This document shows, in pieces, positions 21,942-31,621 of a stretch of 64,000 bases of DNA. Position numbers and translations under genes: made by a program. The notes under the pieces were generated by a model. It made no database searches. It was not told the DNA's origin and saw nothing but the letters and a program-made list of their open reading frames with translations. Every line of letters begins with the position of its first letter. The first letter of the stretch is position 1. This stretch comes from Escherichia coli. GTDB lineage: Bacteria > Pseudomonadota > Gammaproteobacteria > Enterobacterales > Enterobacteriaceae. The stretch is from NCBI RefSeq assembly GCF_044324785.1, contig NZ_CP172127.1. The stretch is one strand, 5' to 3'.

Positions 21942-23790
21942 GTGGGCTGATAAACATTTTTATCTTCCCGAAGGCTCAAGCCATATTGCTGGCCACTGGA
22001 CGACTCAGCCGGTCCAGGTAGTGATGTTAAATATGATGACTAACGACGCGATAAAAATCGTGTCTGTTCGCAAATCAGCTCGTCTCGGTTATACAAAAAT
22101 ACTCGTCGCGGCGCTGCTCTATTTCGCTGAGCACAAAAAACGTAGTGCCGTGGTCTATCAGCCTATCGATGACGAATCGGATGGATTTGTCGCCGACGAG
22201 GTTGACCCCGCTATCGCCGAAATGCCGGTGATTCAGAAAATTTTCCCAGACTGGGATAAAAGCAACGAGCGTAACAATCTCCAGCGCAAAGAGATGAGCG
22301 GCGCAATTATTGATTTTCGCGGCGCGAGTACGCCGGGGAATTTTCGTCGACTGACGAAACAGGTTGTCGAAGGTGACGAGGTCGACGGCTGGCCGCTGGA
22401 GGTCGCTAAAAAAGGTAAAGGCGAAGGCTCGCCAATTGAGCTGGCGCTCGTTCGAATTAAGGGCGCAGCATACCCGAAAGCGATTTTTGGTTCGACGCCG
22501 ACCGTTACTGGCAAAAGCCATATAGAAATGTTGGAAGACGCGGCTGATCTGACGTTTCGTTTTTACCTGAAGTGTCCGCATTGTGGCGAGGAGCAGGTCC
22601 TGGTATTTGGTTTCGACGGTATCGAATACGGTCTCAAGTGGGATGACAGCCTGCAGACCAACGAGTCGAAATCGTCGTCCGCGTATTACCAGTGCTGCCA
22701 CTGCCCGGAGCATTTTTACTATCGCGATCTCGAAAAAATGGAGCTCGGGGGGCGCTGGATAGCCGAGGACTGCACCTGGACCCGAGACGGAATCCATTTT
22801 TTTGATCATGACAGTGGCGTCGTTCGCGCGCCGAAACACGCGGCGATCGTGATAAACGCCCTGTATTCACTAAACCTTGATGGATGGGGCGAGATTGTCA
22901 GCGAGTGGCTGAAAGCGAAGGGCGACCCACTCAAAGAAAAAACGTTTCATAACACGACGCTCGGCGAGCTTTGGAGCGACGTGGCCAGCGAGCAGCTGGA
23001 GCACGATATTCTGGTTAATCGCCGGGAAAAATACGCCAGCCAGGTTCCTGACGGTGTTGTTTATATAACCGGCGGCATCGACTCTCAGACGTCCGGGCGC
23101 TACGAGTGTTACGTGTGGGGCTGGGGAGCTGAGGAAGAGTGCTGGCTGATTGATAAAACAATCGTCCTCGGTCGCTACGACGAAGAGGACACGCTGCAGC
23201 GTGTCGACGGAGTGATTCGCAAACAATACCGGCGCAGCGACGGGACCACAATCGGCGTCAGCCGCTGGGCGTGGGATACCGGCGGTATAGATGCGCAGGT
23301 TGTTTATAACCGCTCGCTGAAACTCGGTCCGCTGTGGGTCATTCCAATTAAAGGCGCAAGCTCATACGGCCAGCCAGTCGTAAATATGCCGCGTACACGT
23401 AACGCGAATAAAGTTTATTTGTCGTTAATCGGTACTGACACAGCAAAAGATTTGCTCGCGATGCGCCTGCCACTGGAACCAGACCCAAAATCAGCGACAC
23501 CGGGTGCAATTCATTTTCCAAACGACGACGAAAAATTCGGCACAACAGAGGCAAAACAGCTCGTCTCTGAAGTTCTGATCCCGAAACTCATTAACGGTCG
23601 CGTCGTTTACCGCTGGGACAACCAGGGGCGGCGAAATGAGGCGCTCGACTGCTGGGTATACGGGCTGGCAGCGCTGCGTATCAGTAAAATTCGTTTCCAG
23701 CTCAATCTCGAGACGCTCGCTGAGCAACGGAAAAAATCACAAAACAAACTGTCTCTCGAGGAGATGGCGAGAATGCTCGGAGGGAGCTAA
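21829..23790 (+). CDS. Terminase large subunit, lambda gpA family
   Basis: VEWADKHFYLPEGS..., KSARLGYTK, CPHCGEEQ, TTLGELW, DTGGID, IKGAS.YGQPV, GTDTAKD and RRNEALDC track lambda gpA along its length. Start uncertain (21829 or 21868). Confidence 0.9.
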   Translation: MNWQTYESTSAITMSAISNAISTGLNPLRVTIPMTGVEWADKHFYLPEGSSHIAGHWTTQPVQVVMLNMMTNDAIKIVSVRKSARLGYTKILVAALLYFAEHKKRSAVVYQPIDDESDGFVADEVDPAIAEMPVIQKIFPDWDKSNERNNLQRKEMSGAIIDFRGASTPGNFRRLTKQVVEGDEVDGWPLEVAKKGKGEGSPIELALVRIKGAAYPKAIFGSTPTVTGKSHIEMLEDAADLTFRFYLKCPHCGEEQVLVFGFDGIEYGLKWDDSLQTNESKSSSAYYQCCHCPEHFYYRDLEKMELGGRWIAEDCTWTRDGIHFFDHDSGVVRAPKHAAIVINALYSLNLDGWGEIVSEWLKAKGDPLKEKTFHNTTLGELWSDVASEQLEHDILVNRREKYASQVPDGVVYITGGIDSQTSGRYECYVWGWGAEEECWLIDKTIVLGRYDEEDTLQRVDGVIRKQYRRSDGTTIGVSRWAWDTGGIDAQVVYNRSLKLGPLWVIPIKGASSYGQPVVNMPRTRNANKVYLSLIGTDTAKDLLAMRLPLEPDPKSATPGAIHFPNDDEKFGTTEAKQLVSEVLIPKLINGRVVYRWDNQGRRNEALDCWVYGLAALRISKIRFQLNLETLAEQRKKSQNKLSLEEMARMLGGS

Positions 23791-24023
23791 TGACCGCGCG
23801 CGAGGTTTTAACAGAACGGCTGCTGGAAGCGGAAATCGCTCTGCACAAATTATTAACGGGTAAATCGACCGTGTCGCTGTCTCACGGCGATTCAGCGGGA
23901 AATAACCGGAGCTATCAGTACTCCCAGGCGAGTATTGAACAGCTCCGAACGTACATTATCGAGCTGAAATCACAGCTCGGTCTGAGTACGGGACGCCGCC
24001 GTCCCGTGGGAGTTCGATTATGA
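23790..24023 (+). CDS. Head-tail joining protein, lambda gpW-like
   Basis: 77 aa. LHKLLTGKS...IEQLRTYIIELKSQLG...RRRP parallels lambda W. Confidence 0.75.
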   Translation: MTAREVLTERLLEAEIALHKLLTGKSTVSLSHGDSAGNNRSYQYSQASIEQLRTYIIELKSQLGLSTGRRRPVGVRL

Positions 24024-25594
24024 CTGCTCCACAGCAGCTGCTCGGGCCTGACGGTAAAACGCCACTACGCCGTTTTGCGGGGTATAACGGCGGCGGTCCC
24101 GGTTTCGGTGGCCAGCTGATTGACTGGAATGCGCCACAGCAAAGCGCCGATGCGGCACTGCTGCCTAATTTTTATCGCGGTAACGCGCGAGCAGACGATC
24201 TCGTTCGCAATAACGGTGTCGCGTCGAACGCCGTGCAGCTGCACCAGGATCATATTGTCGGCAATCTGTTTAAATTGAGTTATCGCCCTAACTGGCGTTA
24301 CCTAGGGATATCTCGCGAGGACGCCAGGGCGCTGGCGCGTGACGTTGAGGTCGCGTGGACTGAATACGCTGAGGACCCTCACTGCACGATTGATATCGAG
24401 CGGAAACGGACGTTCACAATGATGATCCGCGAGGGTGTGGCCACTCACGCGTTTAACGGTGAAACCTGCGTACAACCGGTCTGGGAAAGCAGTACCGGTA
24501 GCGTTTTTCGGACGCGATTCAAAATGGTTTCGCCGAAACGGATTCGAAATCCGGGTTACGCAGCTGACACCCGATTTCGCCGCGCCGGTGTTGATATCGA
24601 TAAAAATGGAGCCGCAGTGGGCTACTGGATAGCCGAGGACACCTATCCACTCGGTGGAATCGGCAAGTGCCGGCGTATACCAGCGCAGCTCAGCAGCGGC
24701 AGACACGCATTCATTCACATATTCGAGCCGCTCGAGGACGGACAGACCCGCGGAGATAACATTTTCTACAGCGTCATGGAGCGCCTGAAAATGCTCGACA
24801 CACTGCAGCAAACACAGCTGCAGAGCGCGATTGTTAAGGCCATGTACGCCGCGACAATCGAATCAGAGCTCGATAGTCAGCAAGCGTTTGAATATATCGC
24901 CGGCGCGGGTACTGATATCGACTCGAACCCACTGAATTCGTTTATTCAGAGTTACGTGACGTACTACAACGGCGCAAATATCAAGCTCGGTGGTGTGAAA
25001 GTTCCTCATCTGCATCCCGGCGACAAACTCAGTTTACAGACCGCTCAGAATGCTGATGCTGGTTTTAGTTCACTGGAAAAATCACTCCTGCGTTACGTTG
25101 CAGCTGGCGTTGGCGCGTCATACGAAGAACTTAGCCGGGACTACAGCCAGGTCAGTTACTCCAGCGCCCGGGCCAGTGCTAACGTCAGCTGGCGATTTTT
25201 CATGGGGCGTCGACGTTTTATCGCCGCGCGACAGGCTTCGCTGATGTTCTGCTGCTGGTTTGAGGAGGCGCTGGCGCGCGGGATTATCACTCTGCCCCGC
25301 TCCGCGGTTCGGTCGTTTTACGAGGCGCGGAACTCCTGGACGAATGCCCTCTGGATCGGCGCTGGACGTATGGCCATCGATGGGCTGAAGGAGGTTCAGG
25401 AGAGCGCCATGAGAATCACGACCGGCCTCAGCACGTATCAGAACGAACTGGCGCTGCAGGGACAGGATTACGAGGAGGTTATGGAGCAACAGGAATACGA
25501 AATTCAGCGCCGGCGTGAAATGGGGCTGAGCGAACCGTCATGGTCTGTATCTCACTCCTCAAATACCAACGATAACGGCTGGGGAGGTAACTGA
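24020..25594 (+). CDS. Portal protein, lambda gpB family
   Basis: 524-aa ORF in the position and of the size of lambda B, between W-like and C-like genes. Confidence 0.85.
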   Translation: MTAPQQLLGPDGKTPLRRFAGYNGGGPGFGGQLIDWNAPQQSADAALLPNFYRGNARADDLVRNNGVASNAVQLHQDHIVGNLFKLSYRPNWRYLGISREDARALARDVEVAWTEYAEDPHCTIDIERKRTFTMMIREGVATHAFNGETCVQPVWESSTGSVFRTRFKMVSPKRIRNPGYAADTRFRRAGVDIDKNGAAVGYWIAEDTYPLGGIGKCRRIPAQLSSGRHAFIHIFEPLEDGQTRGDNIFYSVMERLKMLDTLQQTQLQSAIVKAMYAATIESELDSQQAFEYIAGAGTDIDSNPLNSFIQSYVTYYNGANIKLGGVKVPHLHPGDKLSLQTAQNADAGFSSLEKSLLRYVAAGVGASYEELSRDYSQVSYSSARASANVSWRFFMGRRRFIAARQASLMFCCWFEEALARGIITLPRSAVRSFYEARNSWTNALWIGAGRMAIDGLKEVQESAMRITTGLSTYQNELALQGQDYEEVMEQQEYEIQRRREMGLSEPSWSVSHSSNTNDNGWGGN

Positions 25595-26901
25595 TGCCGT
25601 GGAACAATTTTCCGCACCTCGCCGCCAGGGCGTTCAATCAACCGCTTTTGCTGGAGCCCGCCTACGCGCGGGTGTTTTTTTCAGCGCTGAGCGACCGGTT
25701 CGGTACCGGGCGACTGATTGATACAGCGTCCGGAGAGGTAATGAACAGCGACGAAATGAACGCGCTCGCGATGGGGTGGGACAGCAGCGAGCGAACACGC
25801 CAGAAATCGTATCGCGTGGAGCGTGGTATAGCCGTTCTGCCTGTTACCGGGACGCTGGTTCATAAATTGGGTTATATCAATCCGGTCAGCGGGATGAGCG
25901 GTTACGACGGAATCGCAAAACGTCTGCAGCAGGCGATTTCTGATCCCGATGTTAAGGGGGTCTTGCTGGATATTGACTCCCCTGGCGGTGAGGTCGCCGG
26001 CGCGTTTGATACCGCTGATCTAATCGCCCGGGCGCGAGAGCAAAAACCGGTGTGGGCGCTGGCCAGCGATACGGCCTGCAGCGCCGCCTATTTGCTGGCG
26101 TCAGCGTGCTCGCGCAGGCTGATAACGCAGACCGGCACGGTTGGTTCAATCGGTGTCCTGATGGCTCACCGCTGCGTCGAAAAAGCGCTGGAGATTGCTG
26201 GCGTTGACGTGACGCTGATTTACGCCGGTGCACGCAAGGTCGACGGAAATCCTTACTCACAGCTGCCCGACGACGTTCGCGACGAATTCCAGCTGAGTAT
26301 TAACAGCACGCGCGAGCAGTTCGCGCAAAAAGTCTCGGATTATACCGGGCTGAAAAAATCCAGGGTGCTGGCCACTGAGGCCGCAGTATTTATCGGCGCG
26401 GACGCGATTAAATCTGGTCTCGCTGATCAACTCGTTAATTACGCGGACGCTATTGCAGTGATGGCCGACGCACTGAAACCAAAAATGGAGCGATTTATGC
26501 CAGGTACAGAAACCACGGCGGAGACCACGACCACAGAACAAACCGCGGCCACGACTACGGTCGCGCAGATTGAGTTCAACGAGAAACAGATTCGCGCTGA
26601 CGCTGTGTCGAGCGAACTGGCGCGCGTGATGGCCATCATCAATTGTCCCGAGGCCGTCGGGCGCGAGGCGCAGGCAAAAGCGCTCGCCGGCGTCCCCGGG
26701 ATGACCGTCGAGCAGGCGCAGCTGGTCCTCGCGGCAGCACCGCAAACGGCGCAGGCGCGGACAGAAACGGCGCTCGATACACTAATGAGCACTGAATCAC
26801 CGGCGACTATTCAGGATGCCGGCAGCATTACGGCAACAGGAACAACCGCAAACGTCTCGATGCTTGTCGCGGCAGGGCGTTCAATTTTAGGGGATGAATG
26901 A
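25594..26901 (+). CDS. Head maturation protease / scaffold, lambda gpC-like (S49/ClpP family)
   Basis: VLLDIDSPGGEVAGAFD...SAAYLLASA...GSIGV serine-peptidase S49 motifs. C-terminal Ala/Thr-rich scaffold-like part. Confidence 0.85.
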   Translation: MPWNNFPHLAARAFNQPLLLEPAYARVFFSALSDRFGTGRLIDTASGEVMNSDEMNALAMGWDSSERTRQKSYRVERGIAVLPVTGTLVHKLGYINPVSGMSGYDGIAKRLQQAISDPDVKGVLLDIDSPGGEVAGAFDTADLIARAREQKPVWALASDTACSAAYLLASACSRRLITQTGTVGSIGVLMAHRCVEKALEIAGVDVTLIYAGARKVDGNPYSQLPDDVRDEFQLSINSTREQFAQKVSDYTGLKKSRVLATEAAVFIGADAIKSGLADQLVNYADAIAVMADALKPKMERFMPGTETTAETTTTEQTAATTTVAQIEFNEKQIRADAVSSELARVMAIINCPEAVGREAQAKALAGVPGMTVEQAQLVLAAAPQTAQARTETALDTLMSTESPATIQDAGSITATGTTANVSMLVAAGRSILGDE

Positions 26902-27230
26902 TGACCACAGAAACGTATAGCCCGGATGATTTTATTCTGGGACCTGATCTCGTTGTGACGACCGTCGGTCATTTTCAGGGTGGGATCAACGTACCCCGGC
27001 TGACACCGATTATGCTAGACGCTACCGCCGGCACGTTTAAAGTCTGGGACGGTTCAGTCGGTAAGGCCATTGGCCTCACAGCCACCGCAGTTAATACGGG
27101 TTCCAGTTCTGCAGACTGCTCGTACTACAAATCAGGCTCGTTCCGTTACACGGCGATCAATTGGGGTACGGTTACCGACGTAGCTAAACGCAAATCAGCG
27201 TTTGCTGGTACGCCAGTCAGCGTCGGCTGA
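26898..27230 (+). CDS. Head decoration protein, lambda gpD-like
   Basis: TPIMLDATAGTFKVWDG...YYKSGSFRY...KRKSAFAGTPVSV parallels lambda D. Confidence 0.85.
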   Translation: MMTTETYSPDDFILGPDLVVTTVGHFQGGINVPRLTPIMLDATAGTFKVWDGSVGKAIGLTATAVNTGSSSADCSYYKSGSFRYTAINWGTVTDVAKRKSAFAGTPVSVG

Positions 27231-27250
27231 TGGCAAAAAAACTCAAAACA

Positions 27251-27273
27251 AGCCGCCTCCGGGCGGTTTTTTT
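27251..27273 (+). terminator. Terminator-like hairpin with T7 run upstream of the capsid gene
   Basis: agccgcc-tccg-ggcggtt followed by ttttt. Confidence 0.5.
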
Positions 27274-27288
27274 ATACAGGATATCTAA

Positions 27289-28323
27289 ATGAGCGATTCG
27301 TTTACTACGTCAGAACTCATTACCGCGACACAGCAGGTATTTAAGTTCAATCCGTTATTTTTAAGACTTTTTTTTCGTGAGACATACACGTTTACGAGCG
27401 AAGAGGTTTTTCTGGATAAAATCCCGGGAAAAGTGAACATGGCCGTGTACTGCGCGCCGATGATCACCGGCAAAGTTGACCGCACTCGCGGCTATTCAAC
27501 GAACCATTTCAAACCGGGTTACACGAAGCCGAAACACACGATCAATCCGAATATGAGCATCAAGCGCGCCGCAGGTGAGCAGATTGGCCAGCCGGAAACG
27601 CCGGTCGAACGTCGTGCAAAAATTATCATGCAGAACCTGCTCGACGAGGAGCTCAGCATCAGTCAGCTCGAAGAGTTCCAGGCAGTGCAGGCGGTTCTGT
27701 ACGGTAAATACACCGTCTCTGGCAGCAATATCGAGACCTATGAGATCGATATGAGCCGCAGCGCGACGAATAACGTCACTCAGTCCGGTTCGACAGCTTG
27801 GTCGACTCAGGACGCAGAAACGTATGACCCGAGCGACGATATCGAATCCTATGCGGACCTCGCCTCCGGTGCTGTTAACGTGATAATTATGGACGGTAAA
27901 GCCTGGAAGCAGTTGAAGCGCTTTAAAAAATTCTGGACGACACTGGATACGCGCCGTGGCTCAAACAGCCAGCTCGAAGTCGCGCTGAAAAACCTGGGCG
28001 ATGTCGTTAGCTTTAAGGGCTATTACGGCGACACGGCGCTGTTCGTTTACAAGGGGCAATATATTGACCCTGTAACAGGCACTGAAACGCGTTATATGCC
28101 GGATAACACGATGATCCTGGGCAACACAAAAAATCGCGGACTCCGCACCTATGGCGCGATCCAGGACGAGGACGCGCTGAAAGAGGGTATCTGCGAGGCC
28201 ACGCGTTATCCAAAAGTCTGGACTACGACCGGCGATCCGGCAGTGACGCAGACAATGACCCAATCCGCGCCAGCGATGGTCCTCACCGACGCCGACGCGT
28301 TTGTCGTCGTAAAAATCGCGTAA
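27289..28323 (+). CDS. Major capsid protein, lambda gpE family
   Basis: FKFNPLFLRLFFRETYTFTSEEVFLDKIPGKVNMAVY...KPGYTKPKH is near-collinear with lambda E. Confidence 0.9.
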   Translation: MSDSFTTSELITATQQVFKFNPLFLRLFFRETYTFTSEEVFLDKIPGKVNMAVYCAPMITGKVDRTRGYSTNHFKPGYTKPKHTINPNMSIKRAAGEQIGQPETPVERRAKIIMQNLLDEELSISQLEEFQAVQAVLYGKYTVSGSNIETYEIDMSRSATNNVTQSGSTAWSTQDAETYDPSDDIESYADLASGAVNVIIMDGKAWKQLKRFKKFWTTLDTRRGSNSQLEVALKNLGDVVSFKGYYGDTALFVYKGQYIDPVTGTETRYMPDNTMILGNTKNRGLRTYGAIQDEDALKEGICEATRYPKVWTTTGDPAVTQTMTQSAPAMVLTDADAFVVVKIA

Positions 28324-28344
28324 GAGCCGAAAGGCTCTTTTTTT
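28323..28344 (+). terminator. Terminator-like hairpin with T7 run downstream of the capsid gene
   Basis: agagcc-gaaa-ggctct followed by ttttttt. Confidence 0.6.
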
Positions 28345-28355
28345 AGGGAATTAGC

Positions 28356-28769
28356 ATGAGCACAAAAACAGAATTGCTGGCGCGCATTGACGATTTGAGC
28401 GCCCAGCTCGGTCGCGAATTGCCGCGCAGCGGGACTATTGCTGAACTGGAATCAATCGTCGCTGGCGCTGAGTCAGAGCTCGATATTCTGAACGAGCAAT
28501 CCGGTGACGCGAGTGATGCCAACATTAATGCGAACGCATCAGATGAAACTGATGATGACAGCGCAGAACAACCGTCAATCGCGAGCACGACGTCACAACC
28601 AGAACTGTCTCCCGCTACGCGCCGCGTTAAGCTGCGTAACACGCTGGATGTATATCACTACGTGAACGGGCGTCGCGTTCGCGAGATTGTTGCCGCTGGC
28701 CGTGAAATTGTTGTTGATTCACCAGAGGTTGCAGACCTCATCGCAGCTGATCACGTTTACGCTCTATGA
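28356..28769 (+). CDS. DNA-packaging protein FI-like
   Basis: MSTKTELLARIDDLSAQLGRELPRSGTIAELE parallels lambda FI (MTKDELIARLRSLGEQLNRDVSLTGTKEELA). Acidic middle region. Confidence 0.65.
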   Translation: MSTKTELLARIDDLSAQLGRELPRSGTIAELESIVAGAESELDILNEQSGDASDANINANASDETDDDSAEQPSIASTTSQPELSPATRRVKLRNTLDVYHYVNGRRVREIVAAGREIVVDSPEVADLIAADHVYAL

Positions 28770-29146
28770 GCTACTACGATGACCTCCGGGCCGGCGATGA
28801 GGAGATGATTCTGGAGTGGGGACGGCCCGTTAAATTACGCGGTAAAACCGCCCCCATTATCGCTATTTTCAACGAGCCTTACGCGCGCGTTGACGTTCCT
28901 CACGCTGGTTTTATTACCGGTACAGTAACGAGCCTGACGGCGCTCTCAGACGACGTCGCTGGCATTGTTGCGCGTGACGTCGTCCAGGTTCCAAAGCAGC
29001 GCAGTATCGCTGATGACGGCTCAGTTACCTGGTCTTGTTGGACCGATTACGTTGTTAAAGAGCCTCAACCTGATGGCACAGGGCTCACGAATATTTTTTT
29101 AGAGCCTCACACGTCCAGCGAAAACAGCGAGTATTCAAAATACTAA
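28766..29146 (+). CDS. Head-tail connector, FII-like position
   Basis: 126-aa ORF following the FI-like gene; the last gene of the lambda-like head block. Assignment by position and size. Confidence 0.5.
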   Translation: MSYYDDLRAGDEEMILEWGRPVKLRGKTAPIIAIFNEPYARVDVPHAGFITGTVTSLTALSDDVAGIVARDVVQVPKQRSIADDGSVTWSCWTDYVVKEPQPDGTGLTNIFLEPHTSSENSEYSKY

Positions 29147-29167
29147 GTGGGACCGCGGTCCCACTTA
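29144..29167. repeat. 24-bp perfect palindrome at the head/tail module junction
   Basis: TAAGTGGGACCG|CGGTCCCACTTA. Includes the TAA stop of the FII-like gene. No T-run follows. Confidence 0.9.
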
Positions 29168-29177
29168 AGGGGGAACC

Positions 29178-29858
29178 GTGGCCGATTTACGTAGTAACGC
29201 GCAGATGTTCGATATCGATGTTTCGGCGCTGGAGCAGCTCAGAGTCGAAATCAGCGCGACGCAACATCAGATGCTGATGGCATACAACAGAGCGCTGAAC
29301 CGAACTGCAAAGCATATGCACCGAATTTCAGCAGGAATTATTTTGACTGCACTGGCAGCTAAAAATCATAAGGCCGTAAATAAACGAATCAAACCGTTCA
29401 TTAAGCGCCGCAATTTTACGAAAGAAGGGGCAGGAGATCTGAGTAGCGTAAAACTCTGGTACGGCCTGAACGATTTCCGTGTATCTGAGCTAAAGGGGCG
29501 ATTACAAAATCCCAGGAAGCAGAAGCAGCCTCGCAATCCAGAGACCGGTCAATTTTTGAAAACAAAAAAAGGCGCTCGAGGGGCAACTTTTACGCCCAAA
29601 AGTGCAGGGCTGGCGATGATTAGTTGGCCAGATTCATTCGTAGCGAAACGCTACGGTGCGAAAAGCGTCTGGATTCGACTGGCTCGCGGAGGAATCGAAG
29701 AGGCTCGCGTACCTGTGCACGACGCGCTTGAGGATGCTATCGATGATTATATTTTTGAAAACATTGGCCCTGTTTTCATGGACTTTTTTGAGAAAGATTT
29801 GCGCGGTCGAGTGAAAGGACGCGTTCACGTAGACCCTAAAACAGGTAAACGATTATGA
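29178..29858 (+). CDS. Hypothetical virion-assembly protein in the P2 gpR position (226 aa, GTG start)
   Basis: GGGGGA RBS plus GTG. First gene of the tail block. Function inferred from position only. Confidence 0.45.
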   Translation: MADLRSNAQMFDIDVSALEQLRVEISATQHQMLMAYNRALNRTAKHMHRISAGIILTALAAKNHKAVNKRIKPFIKRRNFTKEGAGDLSSVKLWYGLNDFRVSELKGRLQNPRKQKQPRNPETGQFLKTKKGARGATFTPKSAGLAMISWPDSFVAKRYGAKSVWIRLARGGIEEARVPVHDALEDAIDDYIFENIGPVFMDFFEKDLRGRVKGRVHVDPKTGKRL

Positions 29859-30391
29859 GCGGACTGGATGCATTTGACGAATATCTTGATCGCGTTAAAG
29901 GCGCGGTTTTACAAATACCGTTCATCAAAACATTCGGAATTTATCCAGAAATTCCGGCAGGATTTGAAACGCCAGCTCTGTTCCTGGAAATCAGCAACTG
30001 GTCACAGAGTGACGAATCGGTTCCAGGCTCAATTCAGTCAGTCGAGCTGTCGTGTAATTTGTATTTGCTGCGTGAGTTTGCTGCGGATCGGTACGGACTG
30101 AAATCGCAGAATGCAGCGCTCTATATGACGAGCTGGATTAATGGGCGAATGTTTGGTGCCGGAACTAAACCAGCAAAATTCAGCGACGCGGAACCGTGTG
30201 ACTGGATTAAAAACGGGCAGTCAGTCGGCTCGCATTCAGTTCAGTGCGTGTCGTTCACGCAGGTTGTCGGCGTTGGTCCCGATATTTTCGATTATCCCTC
30301 ACAGGGAACACTGAAAAATATATACGTCGGAATAGCGCCAGATATCGGCGCAGAACACGAGAGCGACTACTATGGCCCAATCGGACGATGA
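29855..30391 (+). CDS. Hypothetical tail-completion-position protein (P2 gpS position, 178 aa)
   Basis: ORF coupled to flanking genes, directly upstream of the gpV-like gene. Confidence 0.45.
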   Translation: MSGLDAFDEYLDRVKGAVLQIPFIKTFGIYPEIPAGFETPALFLEISNWSQSDESVPGSIQSVELSCNLYLLREFAADRYGLKSQNAALYMTSWINGRMFGAGTKPAKFSDAEPCDWIKNGQSVGSHSVQCVSFTQVVGVGPDIFDYPSQGTLKNIYVGIAPDIGAEHESDYYGPIGR

Positions 30392-31277
30392 TGAGTATGC
30401 GGCAGCGGAGAACGCGCGCCGGCTGCGTGACGCAGTTAAACGCGGCACTATAGCTGCAGTTAAAATGAATCCTCCTCGCTGCCGCGTCTCATTTGGCGGC
30501 GAGCACCAGTCAGGCTGGCTGCAGTGGTTCACGCACGCGACATCGGAACGAGTGGACTGGAGCGCTCCATCAGTGGGTGATCCCGTTACCGTTGTTTCTG
30601 AGGGCGGGGACACGCGAAATGGGGTTGTCATGCTCGGATTACATATTGACAACAAAGCACCGCCCAGCACTGACCCTCACGACCACGTCACCGCATACTG
30701 TGACGGCGCAACGCTAACCTATAACACAGAAAACCACACGCTCATCTGGCAAGGAGTACCGGACGGCGTAGTAAAAATACTCGGTGAGTCTGAAATAGAA
30801 ATATTCGGACGTGCAGACGTTACTATTAATAGCGAAAACGTTGTCAATATTCACGGTGGAAAATTAATTAACGCAGACGCTGACATTATTAATGTGACAG
30901 CAACAGACACAATTAACGCACATGCTGATTTAGTGAACGTTATAGCAACGAGTTCTGTTAGTGTTACTGCTGCGAACAGAATATCGCTGACAGCTCAAAC
31001 AATCAGTGCGTGGGCTCCGGGTGGGATAACACTAGCTGGTCCAACGCATATCACCGAGACATTAATTGTAGATAAATTAGCGACATTCCGTAACGATATT
31101 TCTGTCACTGGAGATAACGGTGGAACAGGTAATATCACAACTCGCGGTAGTGTGTTAGCAGGACAAGAGGTGCAGGATCGGCAAGGCACAATAACTGAAG
31201 TCCGCACAACGTATAACGGACACACTCATACATACCCGGACGGGGAAACACAACAACCGAACCAACCGATGGCGTAA
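30372..31277 (+). CDS. Baseplate assembly protein V (central spike)
   Basis: N-terminal RRLRDAVKRGTIAAV...RCRVSFGG..SGWLQW...GDPVTVVSEGGD..NGVVMLG fits the P2 gpV pattern. C-terminal beta-helix-like repeats. Confidence 0.8.
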   Translation: MAQSDDDEYAAAENARRLRDAVKRGTIAAVKMNPPRCRVSFGGEHQSGWLQWFTHATSERVDWSAPSVGDPVTVVSEGGDTRNGVVMLGLHIDNKAPPSTDPHDHVTAYCDGATLTYNTENHTLIWQGVPDGVVKILGESEIEIFGRADVTINSENVVNIHGGKLINADADIINVTATDTINAHADLVNVIATSSVSVTAANRISLTAQTISAWAPGGITLAGPTHITETLIVDKLATFRNDISVTGDNGGTGNITTRGSVLAGQEVQDRQGTITEVRTTYNGHTHTYPDGETQQPNQPMA

Positions 31278-31279
31278 AT

Positions 31280-31621
31280 ATGCTTGGAATGGACCGTAAC
31301 ACTGGTAAACCTTTATCCGGGGTTGACCATATTCGTCAGTCTATCGTTGATATTTTAACGACTCCGCTGGGAACACGTGTAATGCTGCCGGAATATGGAA
31401 GCAAATTATTTGACCTCGTTGATAATCCCACAGATCCATCGCTTGCTATGCGAATAATTATGGAAAGCGCTGGCGCAATAGCACGCTGGGAGCCACGCGT
31501 CAGAATTGACAGAATAAATGTGTTAGCAGTGGATATCGGGAAAATAACAATATTAATTATCGCAACAGATATCGAAACACAACAGCGATTAGAGTTTAAT
31601 AATATGGAGCTGATATTTTGA
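31280..31621 (+). CDS. Baseplate protein W (GPW/gp25 family)
   Basis: GVDHIRQSIVDILTTPLGTRVMLPEYGSKLFDLVD...ARWEPRV is the gp25/gpW signature. Confidence 0.85.
   Translation: MLGMDRNTGKPLSGVDHIRQSIVDILTTPLGTRVMLPEYGSKLFDLVDNPTDPSLAMRIIMESAGAIARWEPRVRIDRINVLAVDIGKITILIIATDIETQQRLEFNNMELIF

Noticed and set aside
22075-22839. 254-aa minus-strand ORF (plus 22233-22514 and 22870-23226) inside the terminase large-subunit gene
   Set aside because: Antisense to a gene whose product aligns with lambda gpA along its length. The composition is Arg/Ser/Leu-rich, typical of shadow ORFs, and there is no RBS.
26257-26792. Two long minus-strand ORFs (162 and 117 aa) in the protease/scaffold gene
   Set aside because: GC-rich antisense frames of a confidently assigned S49-type gene. 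Arg/Cys-rich nonsense composition.
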